From positions 248,001 through 312,000 of the forward strand of contig NW_021831752.1 in NCBI RefSeq assembly GCF_006345805.1: 64,000 nucleotides of DNA. The letters run 5' to 3'. Numbering within the stretch: the first letter of the stretch is position 1; every line of letters begins with the position of its first letter. This DNA is from Octopus sinensis (lineage: Eukaryota). Below the pieces are notes generated by a model. It was not told the DNA's origin. It searched no databases and saw only the letters and a list, made by a program, of their open reading frames with translations. The translations under genes and the position numbers were made by a program. This document shows positions 11,478-25,480 of the stretch, in pieces.

Positions 11478-13045
11478 ATGTTTTCCACAAATAAATTACT
11501 CAAGTTTTATATCAGAAATTTTGTCACGAGTCCATGTATATTTATTTAAGCTAATATAGCGTTGTTCGCGAGAACAATTCCAATTCTTCTTACGGACATT
11601 GGAGAAGGTATAAAACAAGTCACCGTCAAAGAATGGTTATTTTTTGTTATTATTACATATAAATAATATATAATTTCACTCTATTTGGTATTAAAAATGT
11701 TTTATTTTTGGCAAACATTAAATGTTATTTTCCACCTTTTTATCAACCGCAGGCATGTTGTGGTCGGGCAAAAGGTCGATGAATTTGAAAACATATGTGA
11801 CGTATCAAGTGATAAAGCCAATGTCACAATAACTTCAAGATATTCAGGAGTTATCAAAAAGTTATATTATTTGACTAATGACGATGCAATGGTCGGGCAT
11901 CCTTTAATTGATATCGAAATTGACGATCAACAAGAAATTGAAACTAATCTTTATCCAACTAATGCAGAAAATGTATCACCAAAAACGACATCTTTTGAAA
12001 ATGAATCAATAATGGCAACTCCTGCTGTCCGTAGATTGGCTCGAGAAAACAACGTACTACCATTTTTATTGTTTTAGGTAAATTTACACGAAATTAGTGG
12101 ATCGTCTATTGGAGGTAGAATCATAAAAGAAGACGTGCTAAATTTTATTGGTATTAAACAAATGCTAAATAGTGACTAATTAGAAAACAGGAATTATGAA
12201 AATAAGAGCTCCAAACTTCAAGTAACTTCTGAAAATGATGTCATTCCTCTGCGTGGATCTCGAAAAACAATGTTCAATTTAATGACGGAGGCCAGCACGA
12301 TTCCACATTTTTATGCCTACGAAGTAGTCAGCACAGACAAAATGTCATCAGCTTTATCACATTTAAAATTTTACGCACAAGAAAAGTACGAAACTCGAAT
12401 AACCGTGACGAGTCTTTTAATTAAAGTTATATTTTCTATTTTTTAATTAGGCTGTTTCTTTTGCACTTCTTGAGAATCCAATATTGAATTCCATAGTCGA
12501 TGAAAATGAGGAGAATATTATTCTCAATGTTGATTATGGGAATCTACTATTAATAGAAAGATCATAATATTGGAGTGGCCATGAATACTCCAAACGGATT
12601 AGTTGTTCCGGTTGTGCATCAAGTTCAACAGAAAAATTTACTTCAAATCTCTCAGTGTCTTAAAGAATTGTCTGATAAAGGAAAAATTAATAAATTATCC
12701 GTTGATGACCTATCAGGGGCGACTTTTACAATTTCCAACATTTCTCCTGTATTTCCAAAATTCCTCTAAAAGCAATAGATTGGAGGCTTAATGGGAAATT
12801 CAATCATAATTCCCCCTCAGGTCGGAATACTATCTATTGGGAGACCGGAGGTTTATTAAATATTTAAATATCTTTAGAAAAAATTAGAAAAATCTTCTGA
12901 TGGAGAAATTATAGATGCAGAATACTCTACGATAATCTTTTCTGGCGATCACAGAGTTATTGATGGATTTACTGCTTTAAGTTTCCTCAAAACATGTAAA
13001 TCAATGTTGGAAAATCCTATACTAATGTTACTCAATCATAAATAA
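11478..13045 (+). CDS. DBT: Branched-chain alpha-keto acid dehydrogenase E2 (dihydrolipoamide acyltransferase)
   Basis: Spliced model: LTDIGEGIKQVTVKEW, lipoyl motif DVSSDKANVTITSRY, E3-binding ATPAVRRLARE, catalytic DHRVIDG. Mostly 24-33 nt introns plus one of ~115 nt. Confidence 0.92.
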
Positions 13046-13479
13046 TAATAATTTACTGCATACTTTATTCATCAAATACTTTTTCGTGTTATTCTGCCTT
13101 GTGAAAGTTGAAATATAATTCTTTTGGACATAATTATGGAAATAACAAAGCAAAAAATATCCCGAATATAGACAGGGTTTTCTGGACACTGTGGACAGAT
13201 AAATATTTAGAACGCAAAAAAGTGTAGAAGGGGAAAATCTCTTTTTATGAGATGTGAAAATTTTATTTCAAAGTAGATACAAGTAATAGAAAAAGGAACA
13301 AAGAGATATAAGTTAGTCCATTTACAGAATTGAGGTAGATAATCAAAGACGATTCTGGCTTCTCTTAATTGCTCTAAAAGAGAAAGGTCGTCCATAGAGT
13401 AGACTTAGACAAATTAATTAGTTTAATTAAAAGTATCATTAAAAATAAATAGTTTATTAATTGTCATTGTCAAAATTGT

Positions 13480-16400
13480 AGTAACAAACCGGCTTCTCTG
13501 GCAAGTCAATTTTCAACCTCAGTTCTTCCCCTTTTTGTTTTCACAATTTGATAGTTGTTGTCGACTTTCAAACCCTGATTGTGCTCAACGATCATGCTCT
13601 CTAGCGCTTTCTTGATTGTTACTAATATGTTAGTCAAAACATCCATATTTAATTTTTTCATTTAAGATTTATAAAATTGGTGGCTATCCCATCCCATGTT
13701 GAATACGACAAGAACTTTAAGACTTGTGTCTTGTGGATCTCTTCAAATTCTCAGGAAAGTAGATAAAATATGGGGAGTTTCTTGATTTCGACTTTCTTTA
13801 GATTGTCTTGGGATTTGAAGTCGACTTCGAGGGTTGTTATTTCATTTTTTATCAAAAAAATATCTGGCTTGTTTGTTACTTGATGTGGGTTTGGAACTTT
13901 AGTTTACTCTTAATTCAGCACGAATATCTGAAACGATCAACTAAACTGTACATGATTTTAATATCCCTCTTTTCGTTATTCCGAATTAGCGACACATTTC
14001 TAGATAGATAAGGGTTTATTTTGCAAAGGGATATCGGACATAAAAGAAATTAAGGGCCAGTAGCGGCCTTACACACAGGGTCGTCCGGGGCTATTTTCTT
14101 CTTTTCTCTAGGAACTTTTGGAATTGGGTTTCAACAAGCTCGCCAATCATAGGAAAGACTTCGCGCCAGTTTGGTATTTTCTCTCTTAGATTTACGCCGA
14201 AGGCCACCTTGAGCGCTAATCTCCTCGTTTTCTCCAGCAGTTTTATAATTCTTGCCTTGGAGGGGGACAAAATCCACCCTTCCAGCCCATACATCAGTAC
14301 TGGAAGGATAGCTGCCCGGAAGATGAATAGCACAGTATCTGGGGGCAGGCGGAATTTGATCAGGCACTTGATCATTTGTGTGCACCGTTTTTTCCTTAGG
14401 ATGATATCTTCCTCACACTTTCCGTTCTCGGAAAATTGGACTCCCAGGTACAGAAACGAGTGGGTCCTCCGGATGGATTCGATCGTATATGGCAGTGGTT
14501 CCCAACCTGGGGTAACATTTTCGCACTTTTTTTTGCCGACACTCTAGTGAGCGTGCATTTCTCGATTGACAGAGTCAAGTATTTCACTGCCATCCACTGT
14601 TGTATTTGTTCTAAGTAAATTTTTAGCTTCATTTCCGACGTCGTCGGAAGGGCTGCTTCGTCCGTGATAATGACGTCATCTGCATAGATGAGTACATTCA
14701 TTGAGATGAACACAGGTTTAGGGAAGTCTGCCATATATACGTTGAATAGTAGCGGGCTTAGGACTGAGCCCTGAGGTACTCCCTTTTTTTGGAGAATGGC
14801 TTTCGAGTCTCGGCCAAGATAGTTGACAAAGGAGATCCTCCCATTCAAGAAGCTCGCTAGCCATTCAAGGGTTTCCGCATCAATGTCGCAATTCACAAGA
14901 TTTTCCGACAAAACTGAGTGACAGACACTGTCGAAAGCCTTCGATACATCCAAGCAGATAATACTGGTCGATAAGCCAGAGTCTCGTGCTTTAGATACTA
15001 TCGAATTCAGTCGATAGATATAGTCAGCACAGGACCGGCCCGGACGAAAACCCCACTGATCGTGGGAGAGCCAGTGATTCTTTTCTATGTGGCGTACTAG
15101 CCTTCTGTAGACGATTCTCTCCATTATCTTTGATATAGAGCAGATTAGGCTTATGGGCCTATAGCTCGAGGCTTCCTCTTTAGGTTTCTTAGGTTTTCAA
15201 ACCATTCGAACTTCAGTTTTTTTCCATGATTTTGGGACGTACCCTCGCTGGAGGCTGGAATTGAAGAGGTTTGTGAGCAGAGACACCAAACAGCTTGGTG
15301 CATGCTTGAAGCAGGACATAGGGATCTTGTCATATCCCGGAGCTGCATTTCTAGCTGCACTTATTGCTTCCCAGGTCTCGGATTCAGTAATCGGTTGGCA
15401 GTGTTTCAATCTGTCGGAGTTATTTGCTGGAGGAGGTTTAGGAAAGGAGGCAGATGGATCTGCTTCCAAAACACCTGCGAGCTGATTGCGGAGGAGTTCG
15501 GTAGTCTCCTCCTGGCTCGACAGGCAACCTCCAGGAAGTCTCAGGCGAATAACTTCTGTTCCAGTAATTTTACTGTAATTTTACTGTACGCTGTCCAGAA
15601 TTTGGGGTGTTTTGGGTGGAGCATTTTTGATTGGCGTATCCAAGCACGTTCTTTTTCAAATTGGGCTGTATGACAAAGTGATTTTTCAATGGCACTTATT
15701 CTTTCTTTCAGCCGAGTTCTGTCTAGGGGATCCCAGCATCTTTTAAGCTTCGACGAAAGTCTATTTTTTTCAGACAATGCTTTATCATAGGTCCCGGAAG
15801 TATTTGGAATTTTCTGTTTTGAGTAGATTTTCTCAGAGTACTTTTCCATGAACCTGCACAGCAGGCTTCTAATGTAGTCATCTGCCCTTTCTATTGCATC
15901 TTCATTCTCCTCGACTGCCAGACAGGTGTTTCCAAGTTCAGAAGAAATGAATAATTTATAGAGGGCCCAGTCCGTTTTTGAAGTTCTATAGTGCAAAAAG
16001 ATATTTTCCATTAATGTCGGATGCAACATTATAGTCATCATCTGGGGGGCATGATACTTCTAACAATTTCATTATATTTTCACATTTATGAGCAGTTAAG
16101 CATTTTGTTACAACATGTAGTTAAATGATCTAAGAATAATTTTCCCAACCCACAATGATTGCAATTAGACTTTATCTTTGCAAAAAATAAATTTCGTCCC
16201 TCGACTATTGCATCCATTAGTTAGCCATACGTTGACTTCCCAATATCTACATTTGATTTCTGAATGAATTTAAAAAGAGTTGAAAGTATTAGTCAGTTTT
16301 GATTTAGCATCCAATAGTTCTTTTGACACTCCTTAATAAAATTTATAAAAAATTTATAATGGTCTTTCAAAATGTATTTAAAAGCAAGAAATTGCGGTTA

Positions 16401-17200
16401 TTATATGCTTTCTTTTCTTTTAAGACCAATTAAATCCCTGGTTTTTTGAAGCACAACGTAGATTTTTTTAGATACTGAGATTAGAAGCATTCTAAAACTA
16501 TTTTTGAGATAAAAATCATTATTTGCAGGTTTCAAGTGAATTCGTAAATTTGTTTGAATACCACAATGTCAGCTTTATTGTGTTTGATGACAATCGAAGT
16601 CTATATTTAAATCTCCAATTTAATGTACACTTTTGAGTTTTCACACACCGATTGAACTCTATGTGTTTGTATTCATCTGGAACGAGTGTTATTTCCATAT
16701 TTCACCCAAGTTGACGACAAATCGTCAATGTGCGGGTTATCCAGGCTGCAAAAATTTTTATGAAGGATTTTCAAGTTGATCTTTTTAATTAGGGATTCCG
16801 TTCAAATTTTAATAAATTTCTTCACATTAACTTTTATGATCCCTAAATGTGTACCACGAAGATTTTTAACAAAGATGGCAGCTTTCCTTTGGAATACACT
16901 TGACTCACCAAGTGTCGTGTACTTTAGTAAGAATTCTCTTAATTAAAAGAAAGACGTTCCTCAATCCACGTCCCAGCTGTCCGCTAATACACTTTATCTA
17001 CCTTACCTGTCCTCCAGTCAGAGAAATGGGTTACTGTATCATTGAACGTGTTGCAGATGTCAAAGATACCACTAGATTCGGTCATCAAGGACACACCCTT
17101 GCAAAGACGTGTTTTTCCTATAATTCCCATTTGTCAAAGATTTTGGTCTTAGTCATTTTTTCATTCAGGAGGATTATAGACATGTTATTTTTTTGATACC
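13480..17200 (-). mobile_element. Cluster of decayed RLE-type (R4/NeSL-like) retroelement 3' regions; one copy is split by a LINE insertion
   Basis: Copy 1 at 16055-16330 (RNLFFAKIKSNCNHCG..LDHLTTCCNKML..NEIVRSI) continues at 13480-14010 (NKPDIF..EITTLEV..SQDNLK; IKKALESMIVEHNQG). A second copy at ~16400-17000 reads THRVQSVCEN..IKHNKADIVVF. Confidence 0.65.
14012..16050 (-). mobile_element. 5'-truncated, frameshifted LINE ORF2 (I/Jockey-group type)
   Basis: Consecutive ORF pieces 15541-16041, 15197-15469, 14396-15124 and 14091-14375 carry APGYDKIP, SYRPISL, CLDVSKAFDSV, GVPQGSVLSPLLF and YADD; AATAAA at the 3' end. Confidence 0.88.
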
Positions 17201-17275
17201 TCATTTATATATATTAAAAAAACAAATTAACAATATTGTTAGTAGTTTAAAGGGCATTAAGTAATGTTAATTAGA

Positions 17276-17977
17276 TTATTGATAAAAATTGTGCGGTTGA
17301 ATATACATAGACTGATAAGCAATTATATTTTGGATTTTTGTTTCAAAATTAGCTATTTCCAAATTTACAGCATTATGTTGATTTTCAATCTCGAAAAGAC
17401 GTTTTTTCATGGCTTTTAACTGCTGACACTGATTATTTATAATATTTTTTCGACGATTGCGATATCGGAAAGAGGCATCACGATTCTGAGTCAATCTTTT
17501 AATATAATTTTGATAATAACAATTTTCTTCTACTTCAATGTTTTCATTATTTTTAAGAATAGCAGCTGACTTGCATTCTGGCTCAAATGTACAATCCTTT
17601 GTTTTAGTATTCGAACAATTAAAAAAAGACTGGCCGTTTCCAGAAGAATAAATATCGGGTTGAATGTTAGTCGAGTTAAACTGATTGAAAGAAGGAGATT
17701 CGTGACTTGAGAATATTTCATCTTCAATTGGTGATGACAAAAAACTATAGTCGAAAATATCTGGAGTTGAGAACTTTTTGAGATAATTGGTATTAACAGG
17801 TGAACTACTAAAATCAAACTGTTCAACTAAAAATGAGTCCACGGTGGTTGTATTTTGCATTTCGGGAATAGCTTGAACAGACTTCTCTGTAATAAATAAA
17901 CTGGATAAATTATTTTTCATTCTTGATATAATAAATTGAGAATAAAAACTTTTTTTAATGAACCTTAGTGTAATCAT
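17276..17977 (-). CDS. bZIP transcription factor, ATF4/ATF5-like
   Basis: Intronless 233-aa ORF with an acidic/Ser-rich N-terminus and a C-terminal basic region KRLTQNRDASFRYRNRRK followed by a heptad zipper. True start may be the downstream MKNN. Confidence 0.7.
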   Translation of the reverse strand: MITLRFIKKSFYSQFIISRMKNNLSSLFITEKSVQAIPEMQNTTTVDSFLVEQFDFSSSPVNTNYLKKFSTPDIFDYSFLSSPIEDEIFSSHESPSFNQFNSTNIQPDIYSSGNGQSFFNCSNTKTKDCTFEPECKSAAILKNNENIEVEENCYYQNYIKRLTQNRDASFRYRNRRKNIINNQCQQLKAMKKRLFEIENQHNAVNLEIANFETKIQNIIAYQSMYIQPHNFYQ

Positions 17978-18224
17978 CTAAGATTTACATCGTAAAAAGT
18001 TCCTCACCTTGTTAAAAGATATAAAAGGAGGGATAAAGAAAAAAAATTAAAATAAAATAACAACCATCGAGAAAACTAAACCGCAATATTTAGCCGTAAA
18101 TTTTGTCTATAATAGATCTTTGCCATATAAAAATATCAAATTTATAATCAGTAAATAAATTATAAAAACGAATATTTCTTTCATTGATGAGGATACTTTT
18201 TATCAAAAAGTGTTAATAAATATT

Positions 18225-18350
18225 TAATTAGCAGCAGAGAATAAGATGGAATGGCAATTCCCACGCAAGATGGCTATTGATATGCGTTGAAAAAAATGTC
18301 CGTTCCCGATGATTGTTTCTCCTTCTGCTTGCCAGGTACCCAGTTTAATA
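18225..18350 (-). mobile_element. Short CRE-type retroelement 3' tip
   Basis: Reads FFQRISIAILRGNCHSIL, matching the C-terminus of the CRE copies at 58048 and 63258. Confidence 0.65.
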
Positions 18351-18434
18351 AGGAAGATTCATTTATTTCATTTTCCTGTTAATTCTCATTTCTTCAAAGA
18401 AATAACAAAAAGTATTTAATATGAAAAAAAGTTA

Positions 18435-21400
18435 TTAAACATCGGTTTCTTGGGTCTCCGGACTGTGACTATCCCCGAATTCGTCAGAAAGGATTTGCGA
18501 TGGTATAACATCTCCATTAAAAATACTCCGATGTTTAAGATTTCCGACAGAAAAAGCCCCGACTGATGAAGCTTTGATGAATATTCGTTTAACATCAACC
18601 AAAAATGCTTCTAACTCCTTCTTCATCGATGGAACATAGATCGATAACTTTTTATCACGAATTAACTGATTAGGGAATTCAATTCAAACCTTTGAATGTG
18701 CACATAGATGGTGGAGTCGGCGAGCTGTTTTCTGAAAAGAAGTAAGCACTGAATTTTGAGGACTCGAGGCGTCATAAAAGTACGAAATTTGATGTTCAGC
18801 AAGAAAATTTCGTCGAAAGGAAGCCACTACACGTCGACTTTGGCGTATGAGAATGACAACAAGTGAATTCCAATATCGATCAGTTCTCTGATTTCGAAGT
18901 ATATCCACCAATGTAGAAAATGTAGACGCAAGTAAAATCCATTCAGAAGTTCCGTTGACCATACTCGAACCTTTAACTAACAAATCACACAAAGTCTTGT
19001 AAAATGATTCAAATGTGTCCCTTTAGTGAATTAATCTACAAAACCTCGTCAGAAGTGGATATGAGACTGATGCGGGAACACGGAGGTACCAATAAATAGC
19101 ATTTTTTGCCATCTCGTCGAGTCTCGTGAAAGTCTTAGGCGAGTTGACTAGAGAAAATCCGACATAAATACTAAACTCTTAAAAGGAATGAAACCTTATC
19201 AGTTGAACTAAAATACGTTTTCGTATACTCAATGTGGCAGGTGTTTTGTCGTCGTAGTCGATAGTCAGAAGAGACTCGGACAATTCGACAAGTGTGTCAC
19301 AACCAAAGGTCCAAAAAAATTTTAATAGAGATATCAAATCTAACGTCGCTTCTAGAATAGGCCTGCTTTTCCAAAAACGTGTTATGAGTTGGACCAACGA
19401 TTTCAACTCTAAATTTGAAAAATATTTGAATAACCAGCTCGTTCATCATCCACTATAATAAATTGACCCGTTCCCACATAAATATAATTTTACATAAAAA
19501 ATAAACACTTTAATCTGCAACATGCTTAACTGCACAAAAAAGTGCCAAATGCTTAACTTATTTAGTGAATTTGCTTTGCAATGCGTTTATATTAAATTAC
19601 CCTCACTAATGCAGACGAAAGTATTCAATAGAATTATACATTCTTGAAATAAGACTGAATCAAATGCATCACCAATCTCCATCTAAAATGCATCTTTCAT
19701 AAATTCACCATAATTGGAATAAATTTTAAGAGGAACCTCAACAAGGGCTTCTGGACTTGTAAAATAAACTCAAAATTATTATTCGACTAGAACTAAAATA
19801 CATAATCAACCTTTTTATATTCCAATATTTCTCGATATAAAATTCCAATGAAAAAATCGGAAAAAAATCCAAACTTGTAAAAACTTTCACAAAAATCACA
19901 AACCGGGTTCTAAACACGTAGAAAAACTAAAAATACAAAAAAGCGACCAAAAAAATGACAATAAACAGCCCCACTTACTCTTCTAAACAATCATAAAAAT
20001 GAACATACCTAAGTGAATTCGAATAATGATTGGAAAGAAGATTTCGACAGACAACTTTATCCAAGATCCCCTCGTCTGGAGACTCCTTATTATATCAAAA
20101 AGTAAAAAAAACCATTTCAGTAGAAATACAAATGCCTTTTGACTTAGTGGGAATAGTAAAGTCGTCAATTCGTACAATGGTGGTCGATAACGTCAATCCA
20201 GAAGTTGACAGGGTCGTATATTGGGACAAAATAGCTTTAATAGACTCCAATCGTTGATCGAGTAAATTGGAACAATCAGACGAGCACATAGCCAGGGTAT
20301 TGGCTGACTAATTATATGAGATCGAAGTAGATTACTTCTATTAAACAGTTCAAAGTATTGAGGACAGCTATTCCCTCGTCAGTTGAAGACTCCCATGCTT
20401 CCTTCCACTCAAATCCAAACACTATATAAAGTAAAATACTCACATTTAATTTCTTGAACTAAAACATCAGATAAATCAGATATAGATGAGATGGTAAAGA
20501 AAACTGCCATTGCACTGGGCAATGTACACTCTCTGTCAATATTAAAATAACAAAAAGCACGTTTTTGATTGTAATTTAAACCCGTAATCCGAATCAGACA
20601 AGGAAAATTGACTTGTCGATACTTTTAAAATACATTTTTCTATAAAATTTCGATAAATAAAATCTCCTAATGTTGTCAGAATCTAAATTATAATAATAGA
20701 ATACTTTGTTGTTCATTCTTGAAATGTTCATTTTGTTCAATAAAAACATGAGTTGGTCATTAAAAACAATAATTCTCAAATTAGACTGGCATGCAAGTTC
20801 AACTAACTCTTTGATATACTCCCAAATGACTTGAAAATATTGTTCGGAAAACGTATTATTAATACTAATAGCACTTTTAACAAAAATACAAACCCGATGA
20901 ACTCACCAATAAGATACACTGTTGCTTTAGTGCCCGATAAGCCTAATTCAACACTGGATTCACTTGCAAAAAAATTCGAGGCGATAAATCCTGTATATTC
21001 CACGACGATTTCGCAAGATTTGTGATAATCGATTACTTTTACACAAATTTTGGAAAGTAAAGAGAGCAGATTTGTCATCGTTTTAGAATCATGTTGATTT
21101 TTTACAAGATTTCTCAAATTATAGAAATGATTAGATTCATAAAATAACAAAACTGCTGATTCAAACTCAGCGTACTGAGTCAGAACAGACAAAATGGGTC
21201 CAAACTGATTTGATTTTGAATTAATATTTTTCATCAATACAAATAAATGATTCAAAATCTTATTGGATACTAATTGGTCTCCTTCCACAGCAGACAAAAT
21301 GGCAACATATATATCCACAAAAGTCGTTCCGTTGCATTCGTCGGCCAGTTCAAATAGAGAGTCGATGATGTATTTGATTATCTAAAAAATACTTTTTAGC

Positions 21401-22779
21401 TTCATAATACTGTAAAATATTTTTGAACACATTTGAACATAATTTTCTTGTCTAAAAAAGATCTCACTAATCGATTTAGGCCAGAATGGGGAAAATTGGA
21501 GGAAAGAAGTTGACGTTTATAATAAAAAATAAGAAGAATCAAAAAATCAAATTCATTTTTTGAACAAGAAATATCAACAACTTTCAAATATGTCTCACAG
21601 AATTCACTTTTATAAACAACAGCAGTATTAATGGCCCCAATAAGATCATTCAAAATATTATCCAAAAGAAAATTTGGTTGCACCGAACTGAACGTCAGTA
21701 AAGAATCATCGGAAAAAGAAAAAAATAAATTAATGAGAGCTGAACGAAGACTGGTGACTGTAAGAAGACGATTAGAACTATCAGATGGGAGATTAGCCAC
21801 GACAAAGCCAAATAGTTTGGAAAGATCCGATGGATGTCTACTAATTAAATCCATAACCCCCGGAATGGTCTATTTTAACACAATTTATCAAAATTGTAAA
21901 AACTTTAACAATCATCTCATTTGGGGGAAATGGAAGACTTTGAAGACAGTTAAGCAAGATATCCACACTCCCAATACGGTCACGAGTAGACCTTAAAAAC
22001 TAAGAAACCAAATAATATAAAACTGAAGAATCAGATCTCCAAGTTGAATGTATTCAGCACATTCCAATATTTGTTTTTTGAGTGTCAAGACAATTTCCGG
22101 CAGGGCAGCCAAAACAAGCTCCAAAGAGCTAAGTCTACAGCGATTTACAAGTCCTGTCATACAATCTAAAACTAGAAGCTACGAAAAAAATTTTTGTACA
22201 AAAACCTGTGTTTCTATCGAATGAAAGTCGAGCCATTTGAGTTGATTAAGAAGAATCACCCCAATATTAAGGTTATCTTCATCTTTTGACTCATATTGGA
22301 CAATATTTATATTTTCTGACTGGTTTTCGTAATATTCGAACACTTTCGATATCATTTTTGTCTAAAAATGTGTTTATCTGTACACACCTGAGTCAGTCTC
22401 AAACATAACAAAACTCTGGCCAAACTCCGTGCTTCAAAAAAACTATTTTTGTCCTCAGTTTTTTCTTTTATCGGAAGAAGTATATTTATTACTCTATTTA
22501 TTAGTTTTATTTTAAAAATTAAACGATTCGTGTGTTGAAAATAGCTTGTCTATAATTGTAAGTATAATATTTGATGTCTATAAATTAAAAAATTAAAAAT
22601 ACATTTTCATCTTGACTTTGAAAGTAGGAATTTAAATAAGAACAAAAAGAATTTATGCTTTTATCTTAAATAATACATTTTTTAATACCGATAACAATAC
22701 GATCATTAAGTACACAAGCTCCCGAATCAATTAATGACTTTCCAAGTGGATCAGAAGAATTTAAAATATCGTGAAGCAT
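18435..22779 (-). CDS. FANCD2: Fanconi anemia group D2 protein, divergent, multi-exon
   Basis: Colinear matches to FANCD2: SLARVLLCL..SKVFEYYEN, ILLNQLKWLDF, LAALPEIV, DLSKLFGFVV..TSLRSAL, RRLHHLCAHSK, MKKELEAFLVDVK..AFSVGNLKHR. Exact internal exon boundaries not all resolved. Confidence 0.85.
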
Positions 22780-22914
22780 ATTTTGAAATATGTGCACAGC
22801 GCACTTATAAGAAAATGCGAATTTTATTAAAGTTTAGGAATTTTAAATTGTAAAAATTAATCAAATTTTATACAAATAAAAATTGAATATCTGATCCTTT
22901 AATTTTATTACATT

Positions 22915-24330
22915 CAACTCATTTCACTGAAAAAGAAGTATTGGAATCCCTACGCCAAACAAAAGTAACATATTCACATGGTCCAGACGGCATTCCTATA
23001 ATTCTCCTGAAAACATAGGGAATGAGGGAATCAGTGTTCTCACAAAAATCTACAATTGGTCAATTAACTACAACTCAATCCCAACGATTTGGAAATTGGC
23101 GAACATCCGCCCAATTTTGAAGAGTGGAAAACCAAAACAAGACCCGGCCTCCTTCAGGCCAATTTCCCTATTATGTTCCATGTCAAAAACTCTGGAAAAA
23201 CTCATTCTCACAAAAATCAGTAACAGCATTCCCAACAAGGCTTTCCAACATGGATTCAAAAAAGATTGTTCCACTGCAAGCTTCCTTAGCTCCTTGACTA
23301 ACTTTATCCGTTCTGGCATTTCGTGCAAGCCAAGACATCAGAAAACTGTACTCTGTTCGCTGGATATCCACAAAGCCTTCGACGCTGTGCCTAGAAAAAA
23401 CCTAGCATGGAAAATCTACCAATCAAACATCCCTGAAGACCTCAAGCTCTGGTTGACTAACTTCCTCAGCGGTCGAAGAGGAAGAGTATGCTTTGGAAAC
23501 ATTCGTTCCATTTTCCGTCTATTCCCAAATGGTGTACCCCAGGGCTCACCATTATCACCTTTCTTATTCAATTTGTTTACGGCCGATATTCCGACGCCTA
23601 ATGGCGATGACGATCTGCTTCTGGCCTATGCAGATGACATTGTATTGGCATCACGGGACCAGAACATCCAAACAGCAAAAGGAAGATTACAACAAAACCT
23701 GGATCACCTAGTTGAGTGGTTTAACGTAAACCGGATGTCGATCAACACAGAAAAATCTGTCACAACTCTCTACTCCTTAGCCAAAAGACTATCGAAAACT
23801 TCAATCGAAGTTGCTGTGGAGAAAAGAGTATTACCTTTCAGCAAATGGCAAAAGATATTGGAATTAACTTATGACACGCACATGAACTTCTCTAAACATG
23901 TCACAACTGTGCTGAACAAATGTGAAAAGAAAATCAACCTCCTGAAATGCCTAACTGGTCTATGGAAATGGGAAATCAGCCTATACTTAAAACACTCTAC
24001 TCACAGTATATCGAACCATGTATCTCATATGTTTGTGCCTCATGGGGGCCACTGATTTCGAATACAAACATCCGTAAAATCTCCGCAACCCAGAAAAGAG
24101 CTTTCACACTTACCGAAAGGTGGTATACAGGTGAAGCTATCAAACCACCAATCTCTTTCGAAACTCTCATTGAGAAGAATACAAAAGGGCATCAATGGTA
24201 TAAAGAAACGATCCGCCCTCAACGATCTTGTGTGGGCTCAAGAGAGCAGCACAGAGCGAAGCTGAGAGCAATGATCAAATTCGTCGGGATCACCTAGTTA
24301 GTTTTTCTTTTGGTTAACGGTGGTCTTTGG
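22915..24330 (+). mobile_element. 5'-truncated LINE RT remnant
   Basis: HGPDGIP, FRPISLL, LDIHKAFDAV, GVPQGSPLSPFLF and YADD in the 319-aa ORF 23096-24055; frameshifts on both sides. Confidence 0.88.
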
Positions 24331-24524
24331 AATAAATTTTGATTTGATTTGATTGTTCTAAAGAATGGTTGGTTCTATCTCTCTTAAGGAATACAAATTT
24401 TTATTTAATTTATATATTTATATTTATAAAATATAATTTAATGACAATAGATTTATTGTTTAAATTCTTAATTAAATTCTTTATCGGTTTTGTGGTGTGT
24501 CTATTGTGAACATTTATTTCTAGA

Positions 24525-25349
24525 ATGTCTTCAGATCGTCTCGTCGTTTTTCCTTCCCGAATGTACTCTAAATATATTAATTAACCAATTAAAGGACTTT
24601 ACAAATAATCAAAGGCAAGCTACGTGCTGCAAAGAAAGGCCACACTCTTCTTAAGAAAAAAGCAGATGCACTTACAATCCGTTTCCGATCAATTCTGTCA
24701 AAAATTATTTCTGTTTTTTTTATTTTATATCACAAAAAGACCAAAGAAACAATGAACGATACTCTCAAACAAGCATCCTTTTCCTACGCAGAAGCAAAAT
24801 TCACTTCCGGGGACTTTTCGAAGAATATTCTGAACAACGTGTCCAAAGCCCGTACAAAAGTGAGAACTCAGACAGACAACATAGCCGGAGTAGTCATTCC
24901 TAGTTTTGAAGCTTTCCATGACACTGTCGACAGTATTTGTATGTTAATTATCAGACTACGGTCTCCTTGGTCTTTCGGCAGGTGGTCAGCAGTTGGAAAA
25001 ACTCAAAAAAAATTATCAGTCAAGCATTGAGGTGTTGGTGTCTTTGGCATCTCTACAAGTGTGTTTCTCGTTGTTGGATGACGTGATAAAGCAGACAAAT
25101 CGGCGTGTGAATGCTCTCGATTTTGTGGTCATTCCCAAGATATGTCGAACAGTCAACTATATTGTCTCAGAACTGGATGAGAGAGAAAGGGAGGAGTTTT
25201 ATCGTCTGAAAAAGATTCAGAATAAAAAGCTTATTGAACGGGAGGCTGAGGCTGAAGTAGTTAGTGATAATCATGTTTCGGATGGTGAACGTGCCACCGC
25301 GATTTTCGATGATTACATTATTCCAGTAGAAGGGGATTTGCTGTTTTAG
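24525..25349 (+). CDS. ATP6V1D: V-type proton ATPase subunit D
   Basis: [65 protein letters not shown]; three short introns, e.g. 22 nt at 24933-24954. Confidence 0.95.
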
Positions 25350-25480
25350 ACGTTCATTATTTATTAATCTATTTATTTAATTTGTTCGGGTTTGGTGAAT
25401 ATTTTTAATTATTGTCGTGTCTTATATCGTCCGGGCAGTTTATATCGTCCGGGGTGATGATCTACATTAATCATCTTTAA

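Noticed and set aside
11637-11751. The one long DBT intron as a U12-type intron or snoRNA host
   Set aside because: No RTATCCTTT donor, no TCCTTAAC branch site and no clear C/D or H/ACA boxes.
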